A stretch of 64,000 nt of DNA from Octopus sinensis (lineage: Eukaryota), in NCBI RefSeq assembly GCF_006345805.1, contig NC_042998.1, positions 200,880,001 through 200,944,000 of the forward strand. Reading direction: 5' to 3'. Each line of letters starts with the position of its first letter. Positions within the stretch are counted from its first letter, which is position 1. Shown here in pieces: positions 15,171 to 30,030 of this stretch. The notes under the pieces are model-generated. The model had not been told where the DNA came from, searched no databases, and saw nothing but the letters and a program-made list of their open reading frames with translations. A program made the translations under genes and the position numbers.

Positions 15171-15778
15171 TATATATATATACATGTATAAATTATTAGC
15201 CATGTCTCTCTCCGTCCCTCCTCTCTCTCTCTGTCTCTCTAGCATTCTATCAATAGCATATCAACATTTAGTTACGGAATGGCAGAAATCGATATTTTCC
15301 ATTTGAAATCTATCAATTTCAAATATAAATGGAAAGTGCACCGAAGAAATAAATTAATACAAATAGATGCTTGGATTTGTTTTCGAGATTTGTTTGTTGC
15401 TCTTTATAGAGAAAACATGTCTATTAAATAAATATTACTATATCTGTTTTTAAGGTCACACGCAAGCAAACATTTAAAATTTTACGTTTATTAGAAATTT
15501 ATATTTCAAATATGTTGTATTAAGTGTGCTATCTTATCATTCATGATTGAGGATTAGAATTATGTGGTGTATCATAATAGGTAATATCAGTATATAGCTA
15601 CTTATAGGGTATTATACAATTAGAATATATTTGTTAACTGCGAATAGATTTAGGTAGATATTCAAAGGAGAAAGGAAGAAACAGGAGTATTGTGTGGCTG
15701 GATTTCGTCGGTCCGCAGGGTTTGGTGTGAAGGAGTGAATGAGAATTACGATGTAAATAAGTTCTACGGAGGGTTAAC

Positions 15779-16152
15779 TGGATGGAAGCACTCCGTCGGT
15801 TACGACGATGAGGGTTTCGGTTGATCCGAATCAACGGAACAGCCTGCTCGTGAAATCAACGTGTAAGTGGCTGAGCACTTCACAGACACGTGCACCCTTA
15901 ACGTAGTTCTCGGGGATATTCAGCGTGACACAGAGAGTGACAAGGCCGGCCCCTTGAAATACAGGTACAACAGAAACAGGAAGTAAGAGTGAGAGAAAGT
16001 TGTGGTGAAAGAGTACAGCAGGGATCACCACCATCCCCTGCCGGAGCCTCGTGGAGCTTTTTAGGTGTTTTCGCTCAATAAACACTCACAACGCCCGGTC
16101 TGGGAATCGAAACCGCGATCCTATGACCGCGAGTCCGCTGCCCTAACCACTG
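15779..16152 (-). mobile_element. tRNA-headed SINE family C copy with slightly truncated head, flanked by a 114-bp direct repeat
   Basis: Highly similar to 22326-22706. Minus-strand head reads AGTGGTTAGGGCAGCGGACTCGCGGTCATAGGATCGCGGTTTCGATTCCC (A/B-box like). Confidence 0.85.
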
Positions 16153-16265
16153 TGAACTGCGAATAGATTTAGGTAGATATTCAAAGGAGAAAGGAAGAAA
16201 CAGGTGTATTGTGTGGCTGGATTTCGTCGGTCCGGAGGGTTTGGTGTGAAGGAGTGAATGAGAAT

Positions 16266-16304
<39 letters not shown>

Positions 16305-16973
16305 GGAACTGAAGCCGATACTCCAAATTCATAATAGAGTTAACACTGAAGATGTCACCCACATCATAAGTAGTTGTCCGATGTTGTAGCTAAGACACTC
16401 TATAATGAAATCCGTCGAAAGAAGACTGAACAATGATATACATACAAACATGTGTAAGTGTGTTCGTGCGTGTGTGTGTGTGTGCCTTTTATTTATCTCT
16501 GGAGCTCTGACGTAAAATATTTTAGTCAACGCGAGTCATACCAATGATGGTCTTTTAAGCTTCGCAATTATACCTTATGGTTTAACCGACCGGCTCAATT
16601 ACAGGGACATAAACCAAAACTGGTTGCCAGCAGGTGTTGGAAGAAACACAGACGCAAAGACACACGCACACACACAAACATACACAGACTCACACACACA
16701 GACACACACAAATCGGAACTTCGAAGTCACTCTTAAGCTTTCCAAACAAAACTTTAATGAACATATACCCTACTCAGACGTGTTAAAATGCTTTTATATA
16801 GATCTTCGTATAAAAACCAAACAGTAAATGTGAGTACATTCACAGACATATACACACATGTAAATACATATATATGCATATACATATACAAATATATATA
16901 TACATATACATATGTATATGCATATATTTATATATCCGTATTTATATATCTCCATACATACATATATATATAA

Positions 16974-17081
<108 letters not shown>

Positions 17082-18004
17082 ATAAATATTAGGGAATATA
17101 TCCAAATTTACAGGGAAAAAAAATCAATTTACGATTAAATCCAATTTTATAGTAAAATATTATAAAATATTATTTGAGACAAAACCACTATTTTGCAAAA
17201 CAACAAGGAAAGACTTAATCAATACATAAAATTTAATAAATATATATATACATGCATATATATATATAGAAACATACATATATATGTGTCTGTGTATGTG
17301 TGCGTATATGTATATATATATTATATATACACCTAAACACACATATGTACGGGACTGCCTGTGCTTGTGTGTGCTTAAAATTTATACGGAACGAAACCTT
17401 TCATATATAATCATATATTCACAATTTTTAAACCGTGGCAATACTGACAGTTGTAAAATGCAGGATGATTGAAATTCTCCCATCGACCATATCATACTAT
17501 ACCTCGGGATTGGTGCCTATGTATAATAACACTGCATGCTCATAAGACGCACATTGGGTAAGGAAGCAATATGAATTGGATACATATTCAAATATCGCTT
17601 AAAACTAATTACATAATTTCAGGGCTTTCTACAAACGGTTTTGTAAGTATCCTATACAATTATTTTGGATGTTTTCGTTGTGTTCTTATGTATAAGTTCA
17701 TATTTCAAAGATGAAGCATTCAGAGATGTCATTTCCATTTTGTTAAGTGAATTTTGCAATTTAAACCGAATTTAAATGACATTTTTATGATTAAAATATA
17801 AATTGAATTAGAAAATGTCTCATAGAATTGCATTTGAATTGTATTTGAATATAACGAAATGTATTTTACGCGTTCATTTAATGAAATATGACAGGGTGTA
17901 TGTGTGAGTGCGTGTGAGTTTGTGTATGTGCATGTCTGCGAGGGAGCGTGTGATTGTAAAATTTTGCACACACACACACACACAGCTGTATATGTATAAT
18001 CATC

Positions 18005-18205
18005 GGCGAGCTGGCAGAATCGTTAGCACGCCGGCCGAAATGCTTAGCAGTATTTTGTCTGCCGCTACGTTCTGAGTTCAAATTCCGCCGAGGTCGGCTT
18101 TGCCTCGATTAAATAAGTACCAGTTACGCACTGCGGTCGATATAGTCAAATTAATCCGTTTGTCTGTCCTTGTTTGTCCTCTCTGTGTTAAGTAGTAAAG
18201 AAATT
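18005..18205 (+). mobile_element. tRNA-headed SINE family A copy (internal deletion)
   Basis: ggcgagctggcagaatcgttagcacgccgg...gttctgagttcaaattccgccgaggtc...tgtctgtccttgtttgtcc, shared with many copies in the window. Confidence 0.85.
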
Positions 18206-18211
18206 TATATA

Positions 18212-18249
<38 letters not shown>

Positions 18250-18350
18250 CATATATACACGCAGATGTGTGTGTGTGTTTGCGCATTTCGTATATATATT
18301 AAGCATATCACTGAGCTCAGGTACCTTAGCGTGAAAGTATCAAATACAAA

Positions 18351-18562
18351 GGCGGTGAGCTGGCAGAAACGTTAGCACGCCGGGCGAAATGCTTAACGGT
18401 ATTTCGTCTGTCTTTACGTTCTGAATTCAAAAACCGCCGAGGTCAACTTTGCCTTTCATCCTTTCGGGGTCGATAAATTAAGTACTATTTGCATGCTGGA
18501 GTCGATCTAATGGACTGGCCCACTACCCAATTATTTCGGGCATCGTGCCTAGAGTAGAAAAA
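18351..18562 (+). mobile_element. SINE family A copy (alternative tail)
   Basis: Same head and core gcctttcatcctttcggggtcgataaattaagtac; tail gactggccc...gtgcctagagtagaaaa. Confidence 0.85.
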
Positions 18563-18617
18563 AATATATCAAATGTTTAATTTATTTACGTAATCGTCTT
18601 TGTTTTAGTAATTTATT

Positions 18618-18784
18618 CTTTCATTTGTTTCAGTGATCTGACTGCAGCCACGCTGAAGCACAACATTTAGCCGAACAAATCGACCCCACCACTTATTATT
18701 TGCAAGCCTAGTACTTATTCTATCGAAATCTTTTGCCAAACTGCTAACTTACGGTGACGTAAAGCAGACACAAGCAAATATATG

Positions 18785-18851
<67 letters not shown>

Positions 18852-18900
18852 ATGTATGTATGTGTATGTATGTATGTGTGTGTATGTATGTGTATGTATG

Positions 18901-18932
<32 letters not shown>

Positions 18933-19120
18933 TACATGGCGTGTGTATATATAATATATATATATATATATACGACGGGCCTCTTTCAGTTTCTGTCTCT
19001 CAAATCCACTCACAAGGATTTGGTCGGCCCGTGGTTATAGTAGACTACACTTACCCAAAATACCACGAAGTGAAACTGAAACTCGGAACCAAATGGTTGA
19101 GAAACAAGCTTCTTACCACA
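18618..19120 (-). mobile_element. SINE family B copy with internal (TA)n/(TG)n/(TATG)n microsatellite
   Basis: Reverse complement of 43686-44160. The head lies at 19050-19120. Confidence 0.85.
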
Positions 19121-20319
19121 CTTGATGTCCTTAAACAAAGTTAGTCTTAATAATAAAGTAAGAGGGGAATTTATTCTCCGATCGCTATTCAGTATAATGC
19201 TGGGTAATAGTTGTACAGTTTAGCCAATAGAATTTCACTGGAGTTTGTTAGATGACTCAGATTAATTTGGAATTTGACTTTGTGATATCGGGTATCACCC
19301 AGTGCACTATTCGATCTGTGGGCTTTCTTTTTAGCCCAACTCCACCCACCAAAACAAAACTGGAAAAGCAGCTGCTACGTATCATTTAAATATTATATAT
19401 ATATATATTATATATTTTTAGTTTACTATCGAATATACTTATAAGGCTATAACTTCTCATTCATTCTTTAGTATTCAGTTCTAAATATTTCTTCCTAATA
19501 TATATCAAATGTATTTCACTAGATATAACAATATTTGTTATTCACACAAACTACAATTGTTGCTAATAACATATTGTACTCATATTTACTGTGGCATTTC
19601 TAAGCCATATCACTTTGTTATATTTATATGCTTCCCTTAGTACCTTGTTATAATTGAGATATGGTTTCGCATGTTCATCAATAGTGTAATTATAAATGCT
19701 GTCAAATTTAACATTTATCGCATGGTCAGTGACATAATGGAGTGAATTAATTGTAACAGTTACAGACAGCAACAATGTTTGGAATAAGATATTGTGAAAC
19801 TCACGTTTGTAATACAACGCGATGGTTTGAGAAATACAACTTAAGATGAAATCAGCAATGAAATACGAGATAAGAAATCTGAAACGTATTTGAAAATTAT
19901 ATTTAATAAACAGATGACATATTATTACAAGTTTGTACAGGTTAAGAGTAAGATATAAAATAAAATCTCTTCTTTGTTAATTAAACAAGTGCAGCTATCT
20001 AATATATAACGCATAGAAATTCATATTACTTGAATGTTCTTATCTAGATACATAATAATTGCTAGTTGTGCTCGCCCTTCTTCCATACATTTCATCATTA
20101 TTCATTCTTGCATCTCATAATTACACAAACAAACACACAATTTATGCAACTGTTTCCATTCTAGGTCCTTAAAATTTCGGTGAACAGAAGAGCATAATAG
20201 GACGTTCGGATATAATTATGAAGATTTCCTTATTTTCCTGAGCTTAAATTAATTAAACCAATTGCACAGATAATATTACTGATCTCGTTAACACGCCAAA
20301 TCCCCACACACTCACAAAC

Positions 20320-20354
<35 letters not shown>

Positions 20355-22325
20355 CGCAAAACTACATAAACACATACAATGTTATTAACAGTTTAAGTAT
20401 AGTTGAGGCACGTTCAAACTCCTATGAAAGCCATTCATTTTATTTCAACGTTGCGAAATATTTCTCAATGACAAAATACGCGAAAGGCTTTCTCACGGGT
20501 TCAAATATACCTCAACCATATTTGAATGTGTCACATCTTTGTATCTGTACACGTTGCTTAGCGTTTCAATTTCGTATCAATGTTATACATAGATTCATAC
20601 TGCTTACGTACACATACACTCATACATACATACATACACATACATACATACACACACACACGCACATACAAGCGAACAAATATTCACATACACACGTAAG
20701 TATATACATAACCCCCATCTAGCCTGTCAATCTATCTATCTGTCTATCTATCTATCTATCTATCTATTTATCTACCTATCTAACTACCTACCTATCTGCC
20801 CATCTATCTATACACATATGCACACGCACACACACGCACACATACACACACATATATATGTACATGCCTATATGTTTGTGTGTGAGGCAATAGGTATGTA
20901 TATGCATATATGACCATTGATATATGTGTGTGTACTTGTGTGAGTGTGTGTGTGTGTCTCTTTGTGTGTGAGTGTGTGTGTGTGTGTACTCGTAGAAAAT
21001 TTATGTACGTCATCAAAGTTTCTAAGAGAGTAGTCAAATTGGCTGCTGCGGTATATTTAAAGTAATGTTTGCATGGTATTCTGATTTGATATTTGATAAA
21101 TTTACAGCGTAAATATACTGAGGTACAGTACATATTTCGAGATGAGATGCGGTATAAGTGTTGAAGCCTTAGATCGAAAGAGACAAGTTATTTTTCCTAT
21201 AGCGGATTGGTTGTGTTGGACTAGTCAAAATAACATTGTACACGAATTCTTTTCCCAACATTCTAGAACAGTCCCCGGCAGAAGATGCTGGTAATAAAAT
21301 GAAAATAGGAGATGCTATGTTAAATAACGCGAAACCCGCATTATGCAACACGAAGAAAGGAATTCTCTAACATGAGGAGTGAGAGCGACCAAAGTTTTTT
21401 TTTCTATCGATATATTTAGTGTATTCGAAAAGATATGATATACAGCTAGCATCCATGTAACCAGTGAAGTAATTCCACCTATACATCAATATTTGTGAAT
21501 ATTTTATTGATCAGTTTACCTATATAATATCGACAAAATAAAATCGTTAGTAATTGCTGCTTTTCAAGAAAGACTAATGAGATCCATGATTGATTTTCTG
21601 ACGAAATATAACGCATTTTTCTAACAGAATTTACAGTAGAATTGACATTGATTGGTGCGTCAATAAGTTTGATATATGTATGTACATACACTCAATATGC
21701 TCATGATACGTTTTCCGAATAGATTGTCTTATATGTAAATAAAAACAGGATGTTGTGTAAAGCAACATCATTGCCTGGGTATACGCACCTTTTACAAATA
21801 ATCGTTTTCCGTCCTCTAGAACTTCGAGTAATTTCTATAACGGTTTTCAAATATAATATACATAGATATAACAATATCATACTTGCTATACAGGATACGA
21901 TATTGTTCAAATACAAAACGATGGAATTGCGCTAAATGTAAGCAGTTATATTTCTGTGATACGGAATGAAGATGCTGAATCAAAGAGCCCTTTAATAGTT
22001 AGAAGGCGTTTTTCTAGATATGATGTTACAACTATTCTAACGATCAGTATACTAAACAGAAGGAATTGTATAGATATTAAAGCAACAAAATATATTTCAA
22101 TTGATAAACTAGGAATAGCAGCATATCACCGGTTGTTATCGATAAAAACTTTATAAGATGTAAACGGAATTTTTGAACTAAGTAAGAGAAATGGAAACTG
22201 AGACTTGGAAACAGTTTACTGATATTTTGCTGCTGAGATCTGTATGTATATTTAATCATATGTACACAGAACGTAATGTCTGCTTTCAAATCCCAAAGTG
22301 TAATATGTTTTCACCTAATATAATA

Positions 22326-22706
22326 GGAGGACTCCGTCGGTTACGACGATGAGGGTCCCAGCTGATACGATCAACGGAACAGCTTGCTCGTGGAATTAAC
22401 GTGCAAGTGGCTGAGCACCCCACAGACACGTGTATCCTTAACGTAGTTCTCGAGGAGATTCAGCGTGACACAGAGTGTGACAAGGCTGGCTCTTTGAAGT
22501 GCAGAAACAACAGAAACAGGAAGAAAGAGTGAGAGAAAGTTGTGATGAAAGAGTACAGCAGGGTTCACCACCACCCCCTGCAGGGGCATGTGAAGCTTTA
22601 GGTGTTTTCGCTCAATAAACACTCACAATGCCCGGTCTGGGAATCGAAACCGCGATCCTACGACCGCGAGTCCGCTGCCCTAACCACTGGGCCATTGCGC
22701 CTCCAC
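22326..22706 (-). mobile_element. Full-length tRNA-headed SINE family C
   Basis: Minus-strand head GGAGGCGCAATGGCCCAGTGGTTAGGGCAGCGGACTCGCGGTCGTAGGATCGCGGTTTCGATTCCCAGACCGGGC with A and B boxes. Possible short TSD (tttcacctaa / tttacacctaa). Confidence 0.85.
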
Positions 22707-23583
22707 ATTTACACCTAAATTTCCCTGCTGTATTATTAGTTCATTCCTTCGGAATACCATATGTATATAAGATTTACACTCTACAAGCTAAGCTATCATG
22801 TATGTGATTTCTGGCTCATTTACATCAGCTGGCAGGTTCAAGGTAACACCTGTCGTATGACACAGAAAATGGTAAAAATATAAGCCAAATCAGAAGACCT
22901 ATTTCTGGGGATTGACTCTTAAAGTAGAGGCGACTATTGTATAGATGAAAGTCTGTTTTTCTACAGTTACTTGAGGAAATGGAGCTGACAGAAAAATGTG
23001 AGTGATAGTAAGTGTAAAAAATAAACTAAGCTTAGCGACTATATTATCAGGTAGGCCATACAAACTCTTTCCTCCTGTCCATATGTTTTCTTTTTTGAAT
23101 GATGATCAATGTTTTCTTTTTACTATAGTAAATATAATTACATATGTTTGAGTAAGACAGAAAATTAAATTGCTCATTAGAGAGCAGAAGTAAAAGAATA
23201 GAGGACGAGAGAAAGAGAAAGAGTAAGGTTTCAAATAGAGAGAAGGAGACAAAAGTAATAGAGAGCCAAAGCAAAAGAGCCTTGAGAAATGCTCTAATTA
23301 GTCTGAAAATATCGTTTGAAATGATATTACAGACGGAGAAATCCTGCGAGATTTCATTTAATCTGGTAGCAATAAAGTAAATTAGCCAAAATTGCTAGAA
23401 ACACATTTTTCACACACGCACACACACTCACATAAACACACACATAAACACACACACACAAGCAGACAGTAACTCATTAAAGCACAAACCAAAGCACACC
23501 CACCATACCAAATGCATACTCATAGATACAGAAGTATCAATATGTTTATATACATATACATACATATGTGTATATATATATAT

Positions 23584-23676
<93 letters not shown>

Positions 23677-24354
23677 ATAATTATACATACACACACATGC
23701 ACACATAGACTCATACACACATATATACGCACGATAAATGCACTCGATGCGTAACAATCAGGCCACATGGCTTTGAGCTCCAATGTTTATCGCGTTAACG
23801 TGGTTTGATTGCTGTGATAACCTTTGTTGCAATTATCTCCACCACGGCTTCTCTCTCACCCTATACTTTCCCCTAATAATCATTATTACTGACATTTTTT
23901 GCTGCATATAGGTGTTTACACCCGTTTACTTTTGCCTTAGTAGGCCTGTATAAGGTCAACTAAGAGATAGAAAATATCCACCTATACAAGCATGAACATT
24001 CCATGCATCATTATATATTTATGTTTATTATTTTAGAATTATCCTCGTTACTATTCTTTACTACATAAATTTACTAAATATTGTTTACTATATGTTTACT
24101 ATTTTCTTGTGCTGTTCATCTTTATTCTTGCTGCCCTTAGCACTAATCATACTTTCTTTTTCTCCTTCGTCTTTTTATTATTGTTATACTTAATACCATA
24201 TATATATGTGGAAGTTTTCTACGCCATTTTACACCGGTAAACCCAAAGTAAAGTATGAAGAATCAGCGCTAGAAATCTTTTTGTGAACTACTCCAGTTAA
24301 AAGTCGAACATTTATTTTATAATATCTATCTATCTATTTATCTATTTATCTATC

Positions 24355-24499
<145 letters not shown>

Positions 24500-25061
24500 C
24501 AAATATAAGAGAGTGGTCAATATATTGCTCACTCTAGCACCAGTTAATCCATTTTTTTGTAAGTAATATTACATTAATTCATTAATAGCGAAACAATTGT
24601 CCCAAAATAATCTGTATTTTTGTTATTTTTTACTTGCCCTGTCCGTGTGAGCTAACAGTCGTACTGGCTTTCATGGGAAACATGTATCTTCGTGGTTGAA
24701 ACCTTTTGGATTAACTGGTGCTAGAGTGGGCAATATATTGACCACTCTCTTATATTTGTTTTGTAAAAGTATTGTAATATGTTATAAAATATTATAATAA
24801 TCCAGGTTTCTCGTAGCACTAGGCCACTTGGTGTTGAATAAATATACTATTAAATTAGTATCTAATTCTCTCACCCTTATTAATTAATTATAATTATGCT
24901 GCATTTATTTCTAAATGCTGTATTTGTTTTCGTGAAAGTTTGGCGCGCTGTTGGTTGGGGCATTTGAATTATAACGTCGGATGTAATCAATTGAACCACA
25001 CGCGTATTTATCGTTATGGTAAAATCTGGCGTGTGATTGAGTGGATTTCATCCAGATAGTC

Positions 25062-25139
25062 TTGGCTGACGAGCTACAAATGGATTTTTTTGTAAGTAAT
25101 ATTACATTTAATTCATTAATAGCGAAACAATTGTCCCAA
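25062..25139 (+). ncRNA. Type-I hammerhead ribozyme, array copy 1
   Basis: Stem I ttgg/ccaa; CTGACGA; stem II GCTA/TAGC, extended by AATGG/TCATT and TGTAA/TTACA; GAAA; palindromic stem III CAATTG; GTC cleavage triplet. Confidence 0.9.
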
Positions 25140-25596
25140 AATAATCTGTATTTTTGTTATTTTTTACTTGCCCTGTCCGTGTGAGCTAACAGTCGTACTG
25201 GCTTTCATGGGAAACATGTATCTTCGTGGTTGAAACCTTTTGGATTAACTGGTGCTAGAGTGAACAATATATTGACCACTCTCTTATATTTGTTTTGTAA
25301 AAGTATTGTAATATGTTATAAAATATTATAATAATCCAGGTTTCTCGTAGGACTAGGCCACTTGGTGTTGAATAAATATACTATTAAATTAGTATCTAAT
25401 TCTCTCACCCTTATTAATTAATTATAATTATGCTGCATTTATTTCTAAATGCTGTATTTGTTTTCCGTGAAAGTTTGGCGCGCTGTTGGTTGGGGCATTT
25501 GAATTATAACGTCGGATGTAATCAATTGAACCACACGCGTATTTATCGTTATGGTAAAATCTGGCGTGTGATTGAGTGGATTTCATCCAGATAGTC

Positions 25597-25674
25597 TTGG
25601 CTGACGAGCTACAAATGGATTTTTTTGTAAGTAATATTACATTTAATTCATTAATAGCGAAACAATTGTCCCAA
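25597..25674 (+). ncRNA. Type-I hammerhead ribozyme, array copy 2
   Basis: Identical to copy 1. Confidence 0.9.
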
Positions 25675-26130
25675 AATAATCTGTATTTTTGTTATTTTTT
25701 ACTTGCCCTGTCCGTGTGAGCTAACAGTCGTACTGGCTTTCATGGGAAACATGTATCTTCGTGGTTGAAACCTTTTGGATTAACTGGTGCTAGAGTGAGC
25801 AATATATTGACCACTCTCTTATATTTGTTTTGTAAAAGTATTGTAATATGTTATAAAATATTATAATAATCCAGGTTTCTCGTAGCACTAGGCCACTTGG
25901 TGTTGAATAAATATACTATTAAATTAGTATCTAATTCTCTCACCCTTATAATTAATTATAATTATGCTGCATTTATTTCTAAATGCTGTATTTGTTTTCC
26001 GTGAAAGTTTGGCGCGCTGTTGGTTGGGGCATTTGAATTATAACGTCGGATGTAATCAATTGAACCACACGCGTATTTATCGTTATGGTAAAATCTGGCG
26101 TGTGATTGAGTGGATTTCATCCAGATAGTC

Positions 26131-26207
26131 TTGGCTGACGAGCTACAAATGGATTTTTTTGTAAGTAATATTACATTTAATTCATTAATAGCGAAACAAT
26201 TGTCCAA
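26131..26207 (+). ncRNA. Type-I hammerhead ribozyme, array copy 3
   Basis: As copy 1, but one C is missing after the cleavage site (gtccaaa). Confidence 0.8.
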
Positions 26208-26663
26208 AATAATCTGTATTTTTGTTATTTTTTACTTGCCCTGTCCGTGTGAGCTAACAGTCGTACTGGCTTTCATGGGAAACATGTATCTTCGTGGTTG
26301 AAACCTTTTGGATTAACTGGTGCTAGAGTGAGCAATATATTGACCACTCTCTTATATTTGTTTTGTAAAAGTATTGTAATATGTTATAAAATATTATAAT
26401 AATCCAGGTTTCTCGTAGCACTAGGCCACTTGGTGTTGAATAATATACTATTAAATTAGTATCTAATTCTCTCACCCTTATTAATTAATTATAATTATGC
26501 TGCATTTATTTCTAAATGCTGTATTTGTTTTCCGTGAAAGTTTGGCGCGCTGTTGGTTGGGGCATTTGAATTATAACGTCGGATGTAATCAATTGAACCA
26601 CACGCGTATTTATCGTTATGGTAAAATCTGGCGTGTGATTGAGTGGATTTCATCCAGATAGTC

Positions 26664-26740
26664 TTGGCTGACGAGCTACAAATGGATTTTTTTGTAAGTA
26701 ATATTACATTTAATTCATTAATAGCGAAACATTGTCCCAA
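26664..26740 (+). ncRNA. Type-I hammerhead ribozyme, array copy 4
   Basis: As copy 1, but one A is missing in stem III (gaaacattgtc). Confidence 0.75.
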
Positions 26741-27018
26741 AATAATCTGTATTTTTGTTATTTTTTACTTGCCCTGTCCGTGTGAGCTAACAGTCGTACT
26801 GGCTTTCATGGGAAACATGTATCTTCGTGGTTGAAACCTTTTGGATTAACTGGTGCTAGAGTGAGCAATATATTGACCACTCTCTTATATTTGTTTTGTA
26901 AAAGTATTGTAATATGTTATAAAATATTATAATAATCCAGGTTTCTCGTAGCACTAGGCCACTTGGTGTTGAATAAATATACTATTAAATTAGTATCTAA
27001 TTCTCTCACCCTTATTAA

Positions 27019-27060
<42 letters not shown>

Positions 27061-28159
27061 TTCTGTGTGATTGCGTGTGTGCATGTATACATACATATAT
27101 ATATATATTATATATATATATATATATATTGCTTTAGGTCGTGCTGAATTTTATTTTTATTGAGAACATAATCCTTGTGGAGAATGGCGATTTGACGTCT
27201 ATATCTAGCATGTTGACTGTCCACCTTTTCGTGTTCAGTCCTTAATTGGTATATATATATATATATATATAATATATAATATATATATATGTATGTATAC
27301 AAGCACACACGCAATCACACAGATATATATATATATATAAGTTAGCATATTTATATATGTATATATATATATATATCATCGTGACCGATATATATATATT
27401 ATAAAAAAACGAAAAAAACATATATTGTGGATACATAGCAAATACTGAACACAAATAAAATTTAAAAGAGCAATATACTAGCATTAAATAAGAATTGAAT
27501 ATAAAAGTCTCTTTACGAGTGAACTATAATTACATTTTTACTTTCGAATTATCTAAATATACAATATAGCCCAATCTTTCTTGACCATAACTTTAAAATA
27601 TTATAACCCACATCTATATTTTATATTATATTTCCCAAATTACTTATTGCATTTTCATAGCTTCATTCAATTAACTAATATCCATCTATTTTCTTTTCAT
27701 TTAGGTATTCTTTTCCCGCAGCATATTGTTTTTCTTGTCTCTCCCTTTTCTTCTCTTTAATTCAGTCTATTTAATTAACGTCTTCACAGTATCCTACCCT
27801 AATTACGTAATGTCCCTCACAGCCCATAACCGTCTATATGTTTTCTAAATGATTACATAATGTTCTTCAAAACCCATAACAGTCTATTTGTCAAATCCCG
27901 AATATTTTTTTAGCATGTTTTGAATAACTAACTTCTACCCCAAAAATAAATATCCACAATATATTTTTTCTCCCTTTTCCTGAAATTAATATCAAGTTAC
28001 CTTAGACAGTTTATCCTTATATGTTGAGAAAATTCTCCCAACATATAATCGATAACACCAGTTGATATCTGGATTTTATAGTCACTAAATAGGATAATAC
28101 ATTCTGAGATAGATAGATTTATAGATAGATATAGAATTCTGTACAGTTGCAATATGTAT

Positions 28160-30030
28160 GGCGCAGTAAGAAAATAACCTTTCTGTGTGATCCTCCTAAA
28201 GCTGGATCACACAGAAAGACTCCACAAGCGCACTGCTCTTGTGAACAGGGACCTGAATTGCTACAATGTAGACATCACAGCTCTCTCCGTAAAAAGAGTT
28301 GTTGGCGAGGACTGTCTTTTTGAAGAAGGAGCAAATTAAACCTTTCCATGGAAAGGCAAAGATCTTACAGATTTTCGCAATGAAGACTTCCTTAATGAAT
28401 GGATACAATTTGGCCCCTAATTTTAACTGCGAACGTCACATGCCCTCCACCTGTCTCTTCCCAATAACAATCATCTTACGTTTCTCTCCGCTTACGCCTT
28501 TAATTTTCATTCTAGTGATGAGATCATGGATTCCTTCAATTCCGATCTAAAAGGACCCTCTAAGTTATGCCGAGAGAAACTCCGCGGATTCGGAGATTTG
28601 AACGCCAGGATCCAACGAGCTGATGATCTATGAACGGAGATTCTGGTAAAGCAGGTTGTGGCAAAACTGCGACTCGATATAATTGCTTCTCTTTTGCTCA
28701 TGCACTGAGAATGACCTTTTAAGTCTTCTCACCATCACAACGACAGCTAGAGGCATTCGAGATCAAAGCATTGGAACATTTTGGATTATGTCCTCACTAG
28801 AACCTATAGTAGAAGCGACTTATTCATGACTCGAAGCCTTCCAGGCGGGGTTGACTTTTGGATGTATCATCATCTATACATTTCTTCATTTAGGCTCCAA
28901 TTGCGAAACCTTTCCTACCACAATATGTCTATAAATAGGGTACCACATTTTGGTGATTCTACTTTGAAGACCTACACAGTGAATTACTCGTCCCGCCTCA
29001 CGGAAATTCTACAGGAGTTACTTCCATCACTGCAGATGGTCAGAGGAGAAGCTTACTTGTCCAGCCTGCGTGAACAGAACAACAAAGTTGCTGCGAAAAT
29101 AAGTGGCTATTACTAATACACTCATGCAGATTGGTTTGACGAAATTGATTACCACATTGCAAAGCTTTTCATCCAGAGGAGAGCATATCGTCTGGCGTCG
29201 GGGGAATATCCCGACATGAGCCCGCTCGCAACGCTTCCGACTGACTAAACAGCGATGCCAACGTAAGCCCTGTAAACTCCAGAATCTCAATTGGCAACGA
29301 AACGCAAGGGATTGACAGTCGTCTGCGGATATCAGAGACTATAGTCGTTGTTACATTGCGACAAATAACATTTTTGATCCCAGTTGCGGTAAAAATAAAA
29401 CACTCAAATCAGCCGATGGATTAACCTCCCTTACAGATGATCAAGATATACTTGAACGATGGAAGGATCACTTTCAAATACTCCTCAACCAACCATCAAC
29501 CACAGTGATTAAGTTGCACCGAAATATCCCCAATATCCGATCCGATTCTTGATGTCCAAAGGCCCTTAAACACATGAAGACATGAAAATCATGTGGATTT
29601 GACAACATATCCCTGGAAACCATGTCTCAGGGTAATGAAAGCATATGCTTATTCAACGCGTGTGGGAGACAGAGGGCCTTCCTGCATACTTTACGGACGC
29701 GACCATCATTAATATCTTCAACAAAGGAGACTGGACAATCTGCGGAAGCTATCGCTGCATCTCAGTAAAGCTGGGAAGATCTTCTAGATAGATTAGTGGT
29801 AATCGCTGAAGAATTTCTTCTGGAGTCGCAGTGCGGCTTCCTCTCAGTCCATGCTACATGGATTTTTGCGCCCACCTTCGCCACGAAAATGCTTGAGAGC
29901 AATGAAGTCCACTCCTTTTTGGGCTCTTGGACATGGAGAAAGCTTTTGAAGCGTACAAAGACCTGCAATTTATGCCACCATGCTGCATTCCGGTTGTCTC
30001 GACTGCATTACGAACCTCATCCAAGTCCTA
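28160..30030 (+). mobile_element. Decayed RTE/BovB-like LINE (APE endonuclease plus start of RT)
   Basis: Motifs across frameshifts: LNCYNVDITALS, FSAYA, GDLNARI, HWNILDYVL (APE); ILERWKDHFQILLN, DATIINIFNKGDWTICGSYRCIS, EEFLLESQCGF (RT). Confidence 0.8.

Noticed and set aside
22630-22706. SINE heads as tRNA genes
   Set aside because: A and B boxes are present, but the acceptor and T stems do not close, and the sequence continues into a repeated SINE body.
25962-26834. Short ORFs (63-81 aa) repeated in the tandem array
   Set aside because: They show no recognisable domain, their starts are altered by unit indels, and they overlap the ribozyme. They are likely incidental.
24551-27026. CRISPR array or rDNA/snRNA tandem cluster
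   Set aside because: There are no unique spacers, and I recognise no similarity to 5S or U snRNAs.
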